In this document: positions 1 to 8,594 of the stretch, piece after piece
Layout of the letters: every line of letters starts with the position of its first letter
How positions within the stretch are numbered: the stretch's first letter is position 1
From: Candidatus Sysuiplasma jiujiangense
GTDB taxonomy: Archaea > Thermoplasmatota > Thermoplasmata > Sysuiplasmatales > Sysuiplasmataceae
NCBI GenBank assembly: GCA_019721075.1
Contig: JAHEAD010000011.1
Coordinates: 62,001 to 91,986 of the forward strand
DNA: 29,986 nucleotides
Direction: 5' to 3'
Notes under the pieces: generated by a model
Told to the model about the DNA's origin: nothing
The model's database searches: none
The model's input: the letters and a program-made list of their open reading frames with translations, nothing else
Made by a program: the position numbers and the translations under genes

Positions 1-59
1 AGGTGCGAACCTATGAAGCCTTTGTGGCCTGTTATCAATACCTTCAAACTATCGATCAC
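1..59 (-). CDS. NAD-dependent epimerase/dehydratase, N-terminus only (runs off the window); start GTG 59 or TTG 47
   Basis: Not in the ORF track. The minus strand reads (M)IDSLKVLITGHKGFIGSH, the extended-SDR TGxxGxxG Rossmann motif. The sugar-nucleotide gene context fits. Confidence 0.8.
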   Translation of the reverse strand, partial: MIDSLKVLITGHKGFIGSH

Positions 60-252
60 TTGCAATTCAAGCCCTCTAAAATAACTTTGCACCGCATCTG
101 CGTTTCGTCTGAATCCAAGGAGCCGCCGAAAATGAGTTTGGGTTCACCTCTGCTGACTCGACCTGTAGCCTCGTTGAATCGTCTTCGCCTGAATCTCGCT
201 TTGAAAGGCAATCGATACCAATATAGCAAATGTGTGAATTGCCTGATCTCCG

Positions 253-1113
253 TTGGCGGAAGAAGAAAACGCAAATACCGGGCGCAAAATGACGATCGGC
301 GTAGACATAGCAGTGCTGAATGATCCGAAGCTCTTTGACACGTTGAACTCAATGCGTGAACAGTCGTTGAAACCTGAACTCGTTCTGATTGCTGACGGAG
401 GCTCTCCCTCAGAATATATCGAAAAGATAAGAAATGATTTTTCCGATCTTCCATTGAACATTGCAATACTTCCCGGTTCGCACATAACGACCAAGAACGC
501 CTCCATCGATCACATTACAACAGACATTGTTGCGTTCCTTGATTCGGACGAGGTTGCTCCGCGGGAATGGCTAGCAACAATCTCAAAGCCGATCGTTGAG
601 GGAAAGGCAGACTTTACCGGCGGACCGACCAGACCTCCAGGGGAACCCAGGAACAGCATAGAACGCTATTACAATGAACTCGAGAGAAGGATATACGAAG
701 GAGACGTTGAACAGGACGTTGTCTACATGCCGCTTGGAAATACGGCATGGAAAACTTCTCTCCTGAAACACCTCAGGTTTGACCGGCGGATTGTTTTCAG
801 GGGAGGTGCGCCGGACTATGACCTGGAAATGCGGGCGGTTGATGCAGGATACAGGGGATTATTCGTCAGAGATGCATGGGTATATCACAACAAGGGCACC
901 GTGAAGGGTTACCGAGCACTCGTGAAGCACAGGTACAGGTATCTGGTGGGAGCAGCCGTTGTGATGATCAAGAACGGGAGGTTGAGGAAGAGGGCGGGTG
1001 AAAAGCGAACAATGATAAAGATGCCTTTCGCCTATGTGGAGGAACTGATGAAACCGATTGCACTTGTTCATGCGTTTATTTACTGGGAATTTGTTGTGAA
1101 GAGGAAGGAATAG
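253..1113 (+). CDS. Glycosyltransferase family 2
   Basis: LIADGGS, AFLDSD (DxD) and DYDL..R...AGY motifs of the GT-A fold. ATG 289 is an alternative start. Confidence 0.9.
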   Translation: MAEEENANTGRKMTIGVDIAVLNDPKLFDTLNSMREQSLKPELVLIADGGSPSEYIEKIRNDFSDLPLNIAILPGSHITTKNASIDHITTDIVAFLDSDEVAPREWLATISKPIVEGKADFTGGPTRPPGEPRNSIERYYNELERRIYEGDVEQDVVYMPLGNTAWKTSLLKHLRFDRRIVFRGGAPDYDLEMRAVDAGYRGLFVRDAWVYHNKGTVKGYRALVKHRYRYLVGAAVVMIKNGRLRKRAGEKRTMIKMPFAYVEELMKPIALVHAFIYWEFVVKRKE

Positions 1114-1177
1114 AATGTGAAGGAGCCACAGAGTGTTTTATTGCGATGTGGAATATCACCTTCAGACCAAGCAACAA

Positions 1178-1185
1178 TTTATAAA
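1178..1185 (+). promoter_or_regulatory. TATA box for rpl41e (possibly also tRNA-Trp)
   Basis: TTTATAAA about 40 nt upstream of ATG 1226. Confidence 0.6.
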
Positions 1186-1225
1186 CATTGAGAGTTTCGT
1201 CAGCAACCACACTCAGGGTTACTGC

Positions 1226-1333
1226 ATGAAGAGAAGTTCACGCGTATGGAAGAAGCGAGGCAAGATGCGCTGGAAGTGGCGAAAGAAGAGGATGAGGAGA
1301 AGGAAGAGAGCCCAGAAGATGAGGAAACGATAA
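1226..1333 (+). CDS. rpl41e: Ribosomal protein L41e (eL41/eS32), 35 aa
   Basis: MKRSSRVWKKRGKMRWKWRKKRMRRRKRAQKMRKR contains the MRxKWRKKRMRR L41e signature. Confidence 0.92.
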   Translation: MKRSSRVWKKRGKMRWKWRKKRMRRRKRAQKMRKR

Positions 1334-1358
1334 ACACCTTAGTTCAATTTCATTACCA

Positions 1359-1533
1359 GGGGGTTTGGGGTAGTCCGGTATCCTTGCGGGCTCCAGTGAA
1401 GTCAAACACCTGATACCTCCTGGCAGCGGATGAATTGTTCCTTTAACTGACGGAAGGATGATGAAATACTGGAGCGATGAGCTGCCTGAAGTGGAGGTAC
1501 CCGCTGATGTGGGTTCAAATCCCACAACCCCCA
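1359..1533 (+). tRNA. trnW: tRNA-Trp(CCA) with a 102-nt intron at 37/38 (intron 1397-1498)
   Basis: Acceptor stem GGGGGTT/AACCCCC, anticodon stem GCGGG(1386-90)/CCCGC(1500-04), anticodon CCA 1393-95, T arm GTGGG-TTCAAAT-CCCAC. Splice helix CTCC(1391-94)/GGAG(1493-96) with a GTA bulge. Confidence 0.96.
1422..1486 (+). ncRNA. Intron-encoded box C/D methylation guide sRNA
   Basis: Terminal stem GGCAGC/GCTGCC, box C-like GGATGA 1428-33, D' CTGA 1447-50, C' ATGATGA 1458-64, D-like ATGA 1477-80. The D guide ACTGGAGC (1468-75) pairs with GCTCCAGT (1390-97), placing the +5 position on C34. Confidence 0.88.
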
Positions 1534-1606
1534 TGCAGAAAGAAGTATCTACCCTTCATCATATAATCTGCCGCATTCTGGAAATAGAAACCATTGCAGG
1601 AATAAA

Positions 1607-2250
1607 ATGAAGATCGAATGGAAACTTAATGAACTTCAAATGCTTAAAAAAGCCGGAATATGCCATTCGTTCTTCATGGACGCACTTTCCAGAACATATA
1701 GAAAGAACAAATACCGAGAATGGAATGCTCTGGGTATCCGGGAAGCGGAAATACTCGGAATCATGTTCTGCGACGAAACGCCTCCGCAGTCTCTCTTCGA
1801 AATTTTTTTTGTGGCGATATGCGGCTACGAAGATTTTTTACCCGATTAAGGGCGATGTCGTTCTAGATATCGGTGCGGGTTAGGGCGATTCCGCGCTCTG
1901 GTGGTGGAAGAAATTTGGTGCCGCGATCTATTTTTTGAAGCTCTCCCCCTTATTTATAAGATACTCTCTGAAAATACAAAATTGAACAATGCCAGTGTTG
2001 ATGCGTTCAACCTATCCATAGGCGAAGAGAATCTTGCAAGCGGCCATATGCCCGCTTCAGGAAATATACTTCAGATGGCGTATTCGTCTCAGGGAGAAAA
2101 CAATATTTTGACGACAAAAGTTGATTCTTTGAATTTTCCCGGGCCTGAAATTATCAAAATCGACGTGGAATGATTTGAACTCAAAGTATCATGTGGTGCG
2201 GAGAGGACATTAGAAACTCACATGCCGAAAATAATCATTGAAACACTCAA
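1607..2250 (+). pseudogene. FkbM-family SAM-dependent methyltransferase, degraded
   Basis: Motifs GDVVLDIGAG*GDSAL, FFEALP, IKIDVE*FE and PKIIIE are spread over several frames. Frameshifts near 1847 and in the T run 1931-36; stops TAG 1881-83 and TGA 2171-73. Confidence 0.88.
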
Positions 2251-2252
2251 TC

Positions 2253-2933
2253 TTAGACAACAAGAACACTGCCACCATCGGTCCAACCAATAGCCTCGAC
2301 AATGCCCTCTTCCACGTGACGGAGTATTTCAAAGGCCTTTGACCTTTTGGTGTCATAGATGAAGCTGTGCATATCGGTATTGCTGTTGATCTGGATTGCT
2401 GTGAGACGGACACCGCTCTTATCCCATAAAGGGTAAGACCATACCACGCCTTCCTCAAGCGGTCTCTTTTCTTTTCCGTTCCTGATGTTCCTTATAACAA
2501 GATCAAAGTCCTTGTTTGAGCGGCCGTTGTCGCAGTATGCCATCAGATTTCCCTGCGGATGTATCGAGCCTTTGTTGAGTTCGTGCCTCACCGATTCGTC
2601 GGAAGTAATGGGAACGGGTTCCCCTCCGGAGCTTGCTATGCTGTAGAGCTGGAACTGTTCATTTCCATCTCTGTCGGCCATAAAATATATCAGTTTCCCG
2701 TCAGGCGAAGCGGCAAATTCCCTGACTGTTCTGTCGTGGAATGCGGTGAGCATCCTCTGATAGCCCGGAACAGCATTTCCGGAATATGACTGTGCCCAGA
2801 TGTTGAACTGCCCGTTTATGTCTGCGGTGTAAACAACGGAATTATCCCCAACCACATCCACGGCGCCATAGCGGAAATATTGGGTGAAACGGTCATATGA
2901 TAGATGGGGGACAGGCTTCTTTCTCTTTGTCAT
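2253..2933 (-). pseudogene. S9 (prolyl oligopeptidase/acylaminoacyl peptidase) family, N-terminal beta-propeller only
   Basis: SPDGKLIYFMADRDGNEQFQLY is a TolB-like propeller motif typical of S9 N-termini. The ORF stops after about 226 aa with no GxSxG hydrolase domain. Confidence 0.72.
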
Positions 2934-3033
2934 AGCGACAAAAAGCAGGGAAGGCATTAAGTAATTTTCGAGCTGTCCCGAATTGGCGATTCCGGAGGGG
3001 ACGGTCGACGTTTCCCGGCCCGCTGCGCCGAAA

Positions 3034-4557
3034 TCATAGAGCCATTATCAGTTTGCGGATCCTTCTGAATCTGCCTGGAACAAAGGAGGACAGGAATTTC
3101 CTGTCCTCTTCGGAAAGAGCCGAAGTCAAGTGCAGTAGGGCAATGAATGACAGTATTCCCGCAATAATATAAACAGGCAGGAACAGGAGGCGGAAGTGCA
3201 GCAGCAGTTCGATACCGTAGACAATCAGTGCCATTGACACAGCAGAGAACCAAAGTCTCGGCAGAAATCTTCTGTCGAGCCTGACAAGGCGCGCGTTTCT
3301 TGCAAAAACAAGTATTACGAGCGTACTGAAAACGGTAGTCGATGAATATGCGATTGCCGCGCCTACAAGTGACAGGGAAGGTATAAGAGTGAATGAGAGG
3401 ACAATGTTGGAGAGCAGTGCGACAGCGGTTGCCAGGATGAAGACAAAGGTTCTTCGCGTTCCCTGCATCGCATTGCCAAGCGGGCCGCCGAAAACAAATA
3501 ATGCGTTGACTACAAGTATGATTGACAGGGGAAAGGCACCTGCGAGATAACCCGTGCCGGCAAACAGCGTTATCACGGGAACAGATATTGCGGCCATGCC
3601 GAGCGCCGCAGGTACATAGAGGATGGAGGCGGCGTTCGTGGCAATCCTCACCCCTTCCCTGATCATCTCGCTATCCCTCTTTGCATGAAATTCAGAAAAT
3701 TTCGAGAATATCACGCTGCCTATCGGGGAGCTTAATATCGATGTACCAGAAGATATCAGCAGCGCGAGATTGTACACGCCAATGGAGCTGAGGTCCTTCA
3801 GCAGTGCAACAGTGAGCCTGTCGAAATAGACCGCGCCGTAGCTCAGGATGCCGGTAACGTACAGCGGCAGGGAATAGGTTATGACGGGTTTCATCCCTTC
3901 CTCCGGCACGGCTGCAGAAACGGATTCAGTTCTTATCCTGCGTCTCAAATCGAAGTAGTACAGAAGCGCCCCAACGAAATAGCCTACACCCCATCCGATC
4001 GGTATCGAGTATACCAGGTGAGTAGCATCGAGAACAGCGATAGAGGTTCCGTAGACCGTCATAACGTAAGTCATGCCGATTATGCCTGCCATTCTGAAAT
4101 TCTGCAGTCCGAGCATTATGCTGTTCAGAAATGAAATCATGATTGAGGATGGTATGTCCAGAGCCAAAAGATAAACAAGTGGAAGATAGGAATACGAGTG
4201 GAAGAAGAGGAAGGTGATTGGCCTCGCCAGTATGAATAACGCCAGCACCGACAGGGCTGAAAGTAAGAGTCCAGCCCTGACAGCCCTGCGGAATAGTGTC
4301 CTGATATTGCTCATGGTGCCGGAGCCAATCTCATATGAAGTGAAGTGCTGCCAGCCGTACTGAAGGCCGAACGAAAATAACATCGGGAACAGGGAGAGGA
4401 TTGCTATGAGGAGAGCAACTGAACCGACGATGCTCGAAGGGAAAACATGTATCACATAAATGTAGAATGCGGCACCGGCCAGCGTCAGTGTTGCAAAGTA
4501 TGCATACTGATAAAGTATGCCTCTGCTCAACGGCTCGATATCCCTGATCTCGGTCAC
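3034..4557 (-). CDS. Oligosaccharide flippase / polysaccharide biosynthesis protein (MOP/Wzx-like)
   Basis: About 13-14 hydrophobic helices and a YSLPL...FDRL.V.....SSIGVYNLA motif. Likely GTG start at 4557 (the ORF track extends it to 4755). Confidence 0.88.
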   Translation of the reverse strand: MTEIRDIEPLSRGILYQYAYFATLTLAGAAFYIYVIHVFPSSIVGSVALLIAILSLFPMLFSFGLQYGWQHFTSYEIGSGTMSNIRTLFRRAVRAGLLLSALSVLALFILARPITFLFFHSYSYLPLVYLLALDIPSSIMISFLNSIMLGLQNFRMAGIIGMTYVMTVYGTSIAVLDATHLVYSIPIGWGVGYFVGALLYYFDLRRRIRTESVSAAVPEEGMKPVITYSLPLYVTGILSYGAVYFDRLTVALLKDLSSIGVYNLALLISSGTSILSSPIGSVIFSKFSEFHAKRDSEMIREGVRIATNAASILYVPAALGMAAISVPVITLFAGTGYLAGAFPLSIILVVNALFVFGGPLGNAMQGTRRTFVFILATAVALLSNIVLSFTLIPSLSLVGAAIAYSSTTVFSTLVILVFARNARLVRLDRRFLPRLWFSAVSMALIVYGIELLLHFRLLFLPVYIIAGILSFIALLHLTSALSEEDRKFLSSFVPGRFRRIRKLIMAL

Positions 4558-4803
4558 TGAACCAACTTCGCCGCTGTTAATGAATTGCCATTCGGAACAT
4601 ATCGACGAAACACAGAACCTGTGCCTTCTGACAAATCGCAACTTCCCATATGATTGCCTTTCCCGGATTAGGAAGATTGTGAAGGTACTTAATTTAATTG
4701 CGAAACCCTGTGGCTGTACAGCGCAAAAGCGATTTACCACCTGTGTTTCAAACATTGCCTTTTACCATCAATGCTAAAATAACAGCGTCGCACATATGCG
4801 GTC

Positions 4804-5454
4804 ATGGGCAAAAAGACAGCCGTGATCTTCGGCTTCGAACCGTTTGACGTTTACAGGGAAAACCCCTCAAAGACGATCGCGATGAAACTGGATGGCCTGA
4901 CGATAGGAGGAGCAAAAGTGAGTGGCCATGTCCTTCCCGTGGACCATGCCATGGTGGAAGACGAGATAATTGCAGAGTTCGACAGGCACAGCCCCTCGCT
5001 TGCCCTGGGTCTCGGTCTGGCGGCCGGCAGGTCAAAATTGAGCGTTGAGAAGGTGGCCATCAACTACATGCCTGTCAGGTCCGGAGGCAGAAACAGAAAA
5101 TTGAATGGTGCGGCAAGAATAGATGACGGAGCGCCGGACGGTATATTTGCAAACATAAATCCGGAGAGGATAGTCGAAGTACTCAACGGAAGAGGCATAC
5201 CTGCGTCTCTAAGTCTCTCGGCAGGTTCATTTTTGTGTAATCATGCAATGTTCATCATCGTCAGGGAGGCGGTAAAGAGAGGGATGGCCGGCGGTTTCAT
5301 ACATCTTCCCTGCGACGAATCGCTTGCTACGGCACTTAAGACAGACAATTGCCCCTCTATGAGCATCAGCACAATGGAGAGGGGCATAAGAATATCAGTG
5401 GAGTGCGTGCTTAAGGACTGGCACAAGGCAGAGTCTGAGGCATTTGCCCAATAG
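4804..5454 (+). CDS. pcp: Pyroglutamyl-peptidase I (peptidase C15)
   Basis: GFEPF..NPS, VEKVAIN (Glu), SAGSFLCN (Cys) and GFIHLP (His) form the triad. AT-rich TAAAATAA about 25 nt upstream. Confidence 0.95.
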   Translation: MGKKTAVIFGFEPFDVYRENPSKTIAMKLDGLTIGGAKVSGHVLPVDHAMVEDEIIAEFDRHSPSLALGLGLAAGRSKLSVEKVAINYMPVRSGGRNRKLNGAARIDDGAPDGIFANINPERIVEVLNGRGIPASLSLSAGSFLCNHAMFIIVREAVKRGMAGGFIHLPCDESLATALKTDNCPSMSISTMERGIRISVECVLKDWHKAESEAFAQ

Positions 5455-5494
5455 AGTGCCGAAGAACGCATCCCTGCAGTCCAAAAAAACGATC

Positions 5495-5501
5495 TTTATA
5501 T
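5495..5501 (+). promoter_or_regulatory. TATA box, probably for a leaderless transcript starting near 5524
   Basis: TTTATAT 23-29 nt upstream of the ATG, preceded by an A-rich BRE-like stretch. Confidence 0.55.
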
Positions 5502-5523
5502 CAAATGTGACAGATGTAGCGTT

Positions 5524-6141
5524 ATGGCAAAGGTTGTCTGCCCGAACTGCGGGTACAAAAACAAAAGCGGGACGACAGTCTGCTACAAATGCGGCTACTA
5601 TCTTGCCGACAACCAGTTCACAACACAGAAGAGCCCGGTATATACGGCACCCCCGACCGCGCAAATGCCGGCCATGAGCCAGATGCCGGCACAGAACAGC
5701 TACAATACAGGCAGCGGAACATCCAGGGTCATTGTAATACACACAAGGCACGGTATGGTCCAGTGGCTGCCAAGCATAGTTTCATTCATACCGCTGGTCA
5801 TATTCATCGTTCTGGGCTTCCTGATTGTGCTACCCACATATTCATACATTATTTTCATAGCCGCAATACTTGTTCTTTCGCCCCTAACAAGAAGGCTGAC
5901 AGGCAGCATACAGTTCTATTCGCGGAGTTTCAGGGTTACGGACAACGGCAAGTTCGAAGTATTCAACTACAGCGACATTGAAGGGGTGAAGGTCGATCTC
6001 AAAAATCCGGCTTCACGCACCTTAACGTTGCTCTTCAGGAACGGCCAGAACCCGGTCACCATGGATTTCGATTCCAACAACACCTTCAGGATGACGCTCG
6101 TTCAGCTCAACAGAAGAAGAATTCCGCTGAGCCAGAACTGA
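5524..6141 (+). CDS. Zinc-ribbon membrane protein (CPNCG..CYKCG, Q/P/T linker, two TM helices, beta-rich C-terminal domain)
   Basis: Two CxxC motifs at the N-terminus, a hydrophobic hairpin and a PH-like C-terminal pattern. Confidence 0.8.
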   Translation: MAKVVCPNCGYKNKSGTTVCYKCGYYLADNQFTTQKSPVYTAPPTAQMPAMSQMPAQNSYNTGSGTSRVIVIHTRHGMVQWLPSIVSFIPLVIFIVLGFLIVLPTYSYIIFIAAILVLSPLTRRLTGSIQFYSRSFRVTDNGKFEVFNYSDIEGVKVDLKNPASRTLTLLFRNGQNPVTMDFDSNNTFRMTLVQLNRRRIPLSQN

Positions 6142-6218
6142 TCGCGCTGCACATAGTGACCTAAAACATCGGTTGCAGGCTTTATTGCTTCATTACCGGC
6201 ACTGCATGCAGTGCAGAC

Positions 6219-6665
6219 TCACCGTTCCAGACCCGCGTCCTTTTCAAACTCCTTCAGATGGCCCTCGAGATCTTCCCTGAATCCCCTTTCAATTCTGCCT
6301 CGTACAAACGGCAGGGAAAATATCAGTTTCCATATACCAACCGGTGAAAGATCTGTCTCGGAGACTGCCTCGACAAATTCAGTGTTCTGAGTGAATGTGT
6401 ATACACCGTGTGTCTTCCATATCCTGCTCTCGCCTCTGAATTCTATGACGGAAGGTGGTTTGAGCGTGACGGCAATCCTGTCGACAAATTTCAGAGGCTT
6501 TGAAAAATAATCCTCCATCAGAATGGCCGAACCGTCACGTGAAATGATCTTCCTGGTCACTGAGGCGAAACCGCCTTCGTCTACAATGCCATCCGTGTAA
6601 TCCGACCACCATCTGAACAGTTCCGATACGCTTCCTCTTGCCCTCGCGTTCGCAGTCACATGCAC
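6219..6665 (-). CDS. SRPBCC/START-like protein
   Basis: 148 aa with a helix-grip pattern (LFRWWSDY near the N-terminus, beta strands, long C-terminal helix). Confidence 0.65.
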   Translation of the reverse strand: MHVTANARARGSVSELFRWWSDYTDGIVDEGGFASVTRKIISRDGSAILMEDYFSKPLKFVDRIAVTLKPPSVIEFRGESRIWKTHGVYTFTQNTEFVEAVSETDLSPVGIWKLIFSLPFVRGRIERGFREDLEGHLKEFEKDAGLER

Positions 6666-6781
6666 ACACGGAAAAACGATGCTGTGGTATAAATTACGGT
6701 GCCTTGAAGAGACGGCCGTAACACCGGATATGAAATCGTTTCATGCCTGTGAGGACAAAGTGCAGCCTCCGAGGCAGTAAG

Positions 6782-7219
6782 TCAAATACTGGCTTGCCTT
6801 CCTGACAGAAGGCAGTCCATGACGGTCCTGACAAACTTACCGATTGCATCGTCAACTGCATCACCGGCTATTGCGGCGGCAAGACCCTTGATGTCAGCAT
6901 CCCCCCGATACTCAACCAATGTGGAGGATCCGGCCTGCGACAGCACCGCGGTTATGCTTCCTGATGCAGTGCCGAGGGTGCCGTTCATTTTGAAGAACAG
7001 GATGATTGTATTTCCCGCGGCTTCCATACGCGCATCGACTTCAAATGTTCCCTTCACCATCCCTTCCTTTATCCTGATCCTGCACATCAGCCTGTCTTGC
7101 GACACCGCATGGACCTTCACAACTCCGGCGAGGCATGGCAATATGCTTCTCATGTCAGCAATCGCTGCCATCAAAGCGCCAGGATCGGCAGCGGCCTCCA
7201 GTGAGCCCTGAATTCTCAA
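6782..7219 (-). CDS. CoxG-like SRPBCC protein
   Basis: MRIQGS...D...ILPCLAG...G.VKGTF...TLVEYRGDADIKG pattern. Start overlaps the upstream stop (TTGA). Confidence 0.8.
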   Translation of the reverse strand: MRIQGSLEAAADPGALMAAIADMRSILPCLAGVVKVHAVSQDRLMCRIRIKEGMVKGTFEVDARMEAAGNTIILFFKMNGTLGTASGSITAVLSQAGSSTLVEYRGDADIKGLAAAIAGDAVDDAIGKFVRTVMDCLLSGRQASI

Positions 7220-8403
7220 GGGAACGCGCTCCCTGACTCGAATCGTGAAATCGAGTAGGCGGAAGCGTCGATGCTGCGAGATCGTCCGTCGACTACAAAC
7301 TCGGACATAATTTTTCCTACCATGGGTGAAAGCTTGAAGCCATGTCCGCTGGAGCCGCAGCCTATAAACAGGTTATCATAACCGGAAGACGCGGCGCTGT
7401 CCAGAATGGGTTCCCAGTCGGGAGTGATGTCGATATAGGGCATAAAGTCCCGGCACACAACGGCATTCTTCATAGCCGGAAAACGGGATAGAATGCCTGA
7501 CGCATATGCCGATGCAATATCAAAACCCACACGTGCGGTGAAGTCCGGATCGCATCTTGACCAGTGCATGCTTTCCGGAAGCGAGAATGCCGAGGCATCA
7601 CCGTAACTCATCTCCGAATGCATTGCGCCGAGCAGTATCTGGTCACTGCCTTCCGGCCTGGAATAAAAGTTGTTGACACCGTCAAAAATCACCCTCCTGG
7701 AGGATTTGAATCCCTTGGGCCTGATGAAATAACAGACAGGGAAGGAGAGCATGTAGACAGGAAGCCTGAGACCTGCCATGGATGCGAGCCTCGGCGTGTT
7801 GGTTCCTGCGACAATGACCAGTTTCCGAGTTTCGAAAACACCGCTGGTCGTGGTCACCGACCAGCCGCCAGCATTACGCCTGATTTCATTCACATTCAGA
7901 CCCTGAAATATGCTGACGCCGTTCAGTTCAGCGGCACGTGCGAACCCCGTTGTGACGGCGGCCGGATTCGCAAATCCTGCCCCGGGCTCATAGGCTATCG
8001 TCTCATCCTCACCGATAAACATGCCTGGTTCGAGGCGAAGCGCTTCGTCCCTGTCTATCACGCTGCACCGGATATGCTCTCTTCCGAGAACACCGACTGT
8101 CCTGCCAATCTCATCCTTATCATCCGATATTACAAGCATTCCGGTTCTGGTAAAAAAGGGATCACTGCCCGTATGTTTCCTGAAGTTTTTGAAAAAACGC
8201 AGACTGAGCCTTGCAAGTCTCGCCGTTGACGCATTGGCATAAAACTGCCTGATTATAGCGCTCGTGTGACCGCTCTGGCCGTACGGAATATAACCCCTTT
8301 CAATGATGGCTATCTTCCCGCCTTCGTCCGGGTTTCTGGAAAGATGGAATGCTGTACTGCAGCCCCAGGCCCCTCCGCCTATTATCACTGTGTCGTATTT
8401 CAA
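7216..8403 (-). CDS. FAD-dependent oxidoreductase, DAO/sarcosine oxidase beta-subunit family
   Basis: YDTVIIGGGAWG, DITPDWEPILD and GSSGHGFKLSP motifs. Likely TTG start at 8403. Confidence 0.9.
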   Translation of the reverse strand: MKYDTVIIGGGAWGCSTAFHLSRNPDEGGKIAIIERGYIPYGQSGHTSAIIRQFYANASTARLARLSLRFFKNFRKHTGSDPFFTRTGMLVISDDKDEIGRTVGVLGREHIRCSVIDRDEALRLEPGMFIGEDETIAYEPGAGFANPAAVTTGFARAAELNGVSIFQGLNVNEIRRNAGGWSVTTTSGVFETRKLVIVAGTNTPRLASMAGLRLPVYMLSFPVCYFIRPKGFKSSRRVIFDGVNNFYSRPEGSDQILLGAMHSEMSYGDASAFSLPESMHWSRCDPDFTARVGFDIASAYASGILSRFPAMKNAVVCRDFMPYIDITPDWEPILDSAASSGYDNLFIGCGSSGHGFKLSPMVGKIMSEFVVDGRSRSIDASAYSISRFESGSAFP

Positions 8404-8594
8404 CGGAACACCACTAAAGTGAAAGCAGAGCGGTAAAGGATTCTGCCAATATATACTGCTGCACAAATCAGGGCAGTCTTGCGTCCGATTTTGCAGGAAA
8501 GGAAATACATTCCCAATCCAAAATTGCTGTGGCACTGCCCGAAATGCCGTACAGCGTCGGCAGACGGCACCTGTGCACGGCTACCCCGCGATTC

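Noticed and set aside
1238..1534. 98-aa minus-strand ORF
   Set aside because: It is the antisense shadow of tRNA-Trp and rpl41e.
1847..2173. In-frame TAG and TGA in FkbM as pyrrolysine/selenocysteine recoding
   Set aside because: They co-occur with two frameshifts and a 3' truncation, and replace ordinary residues (probably Tyr and Gly). Decay is the simpler explanation.
4558..4755. N-terminal extension of the flippase ORF, or an ncRNA in the flippase/pcp gap
   Set aside because: The extension is not protein-like and overlaps the divergent promoter region. I saw no convincing RNA structure.
7564..8229. Long antisense or overlapping ORFs (for example 7564-8229, 12548-13078, 14954-15568, 15286-15807)
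   Set aside because: They are shadows of well-supported genes and carry no motifs of their own.
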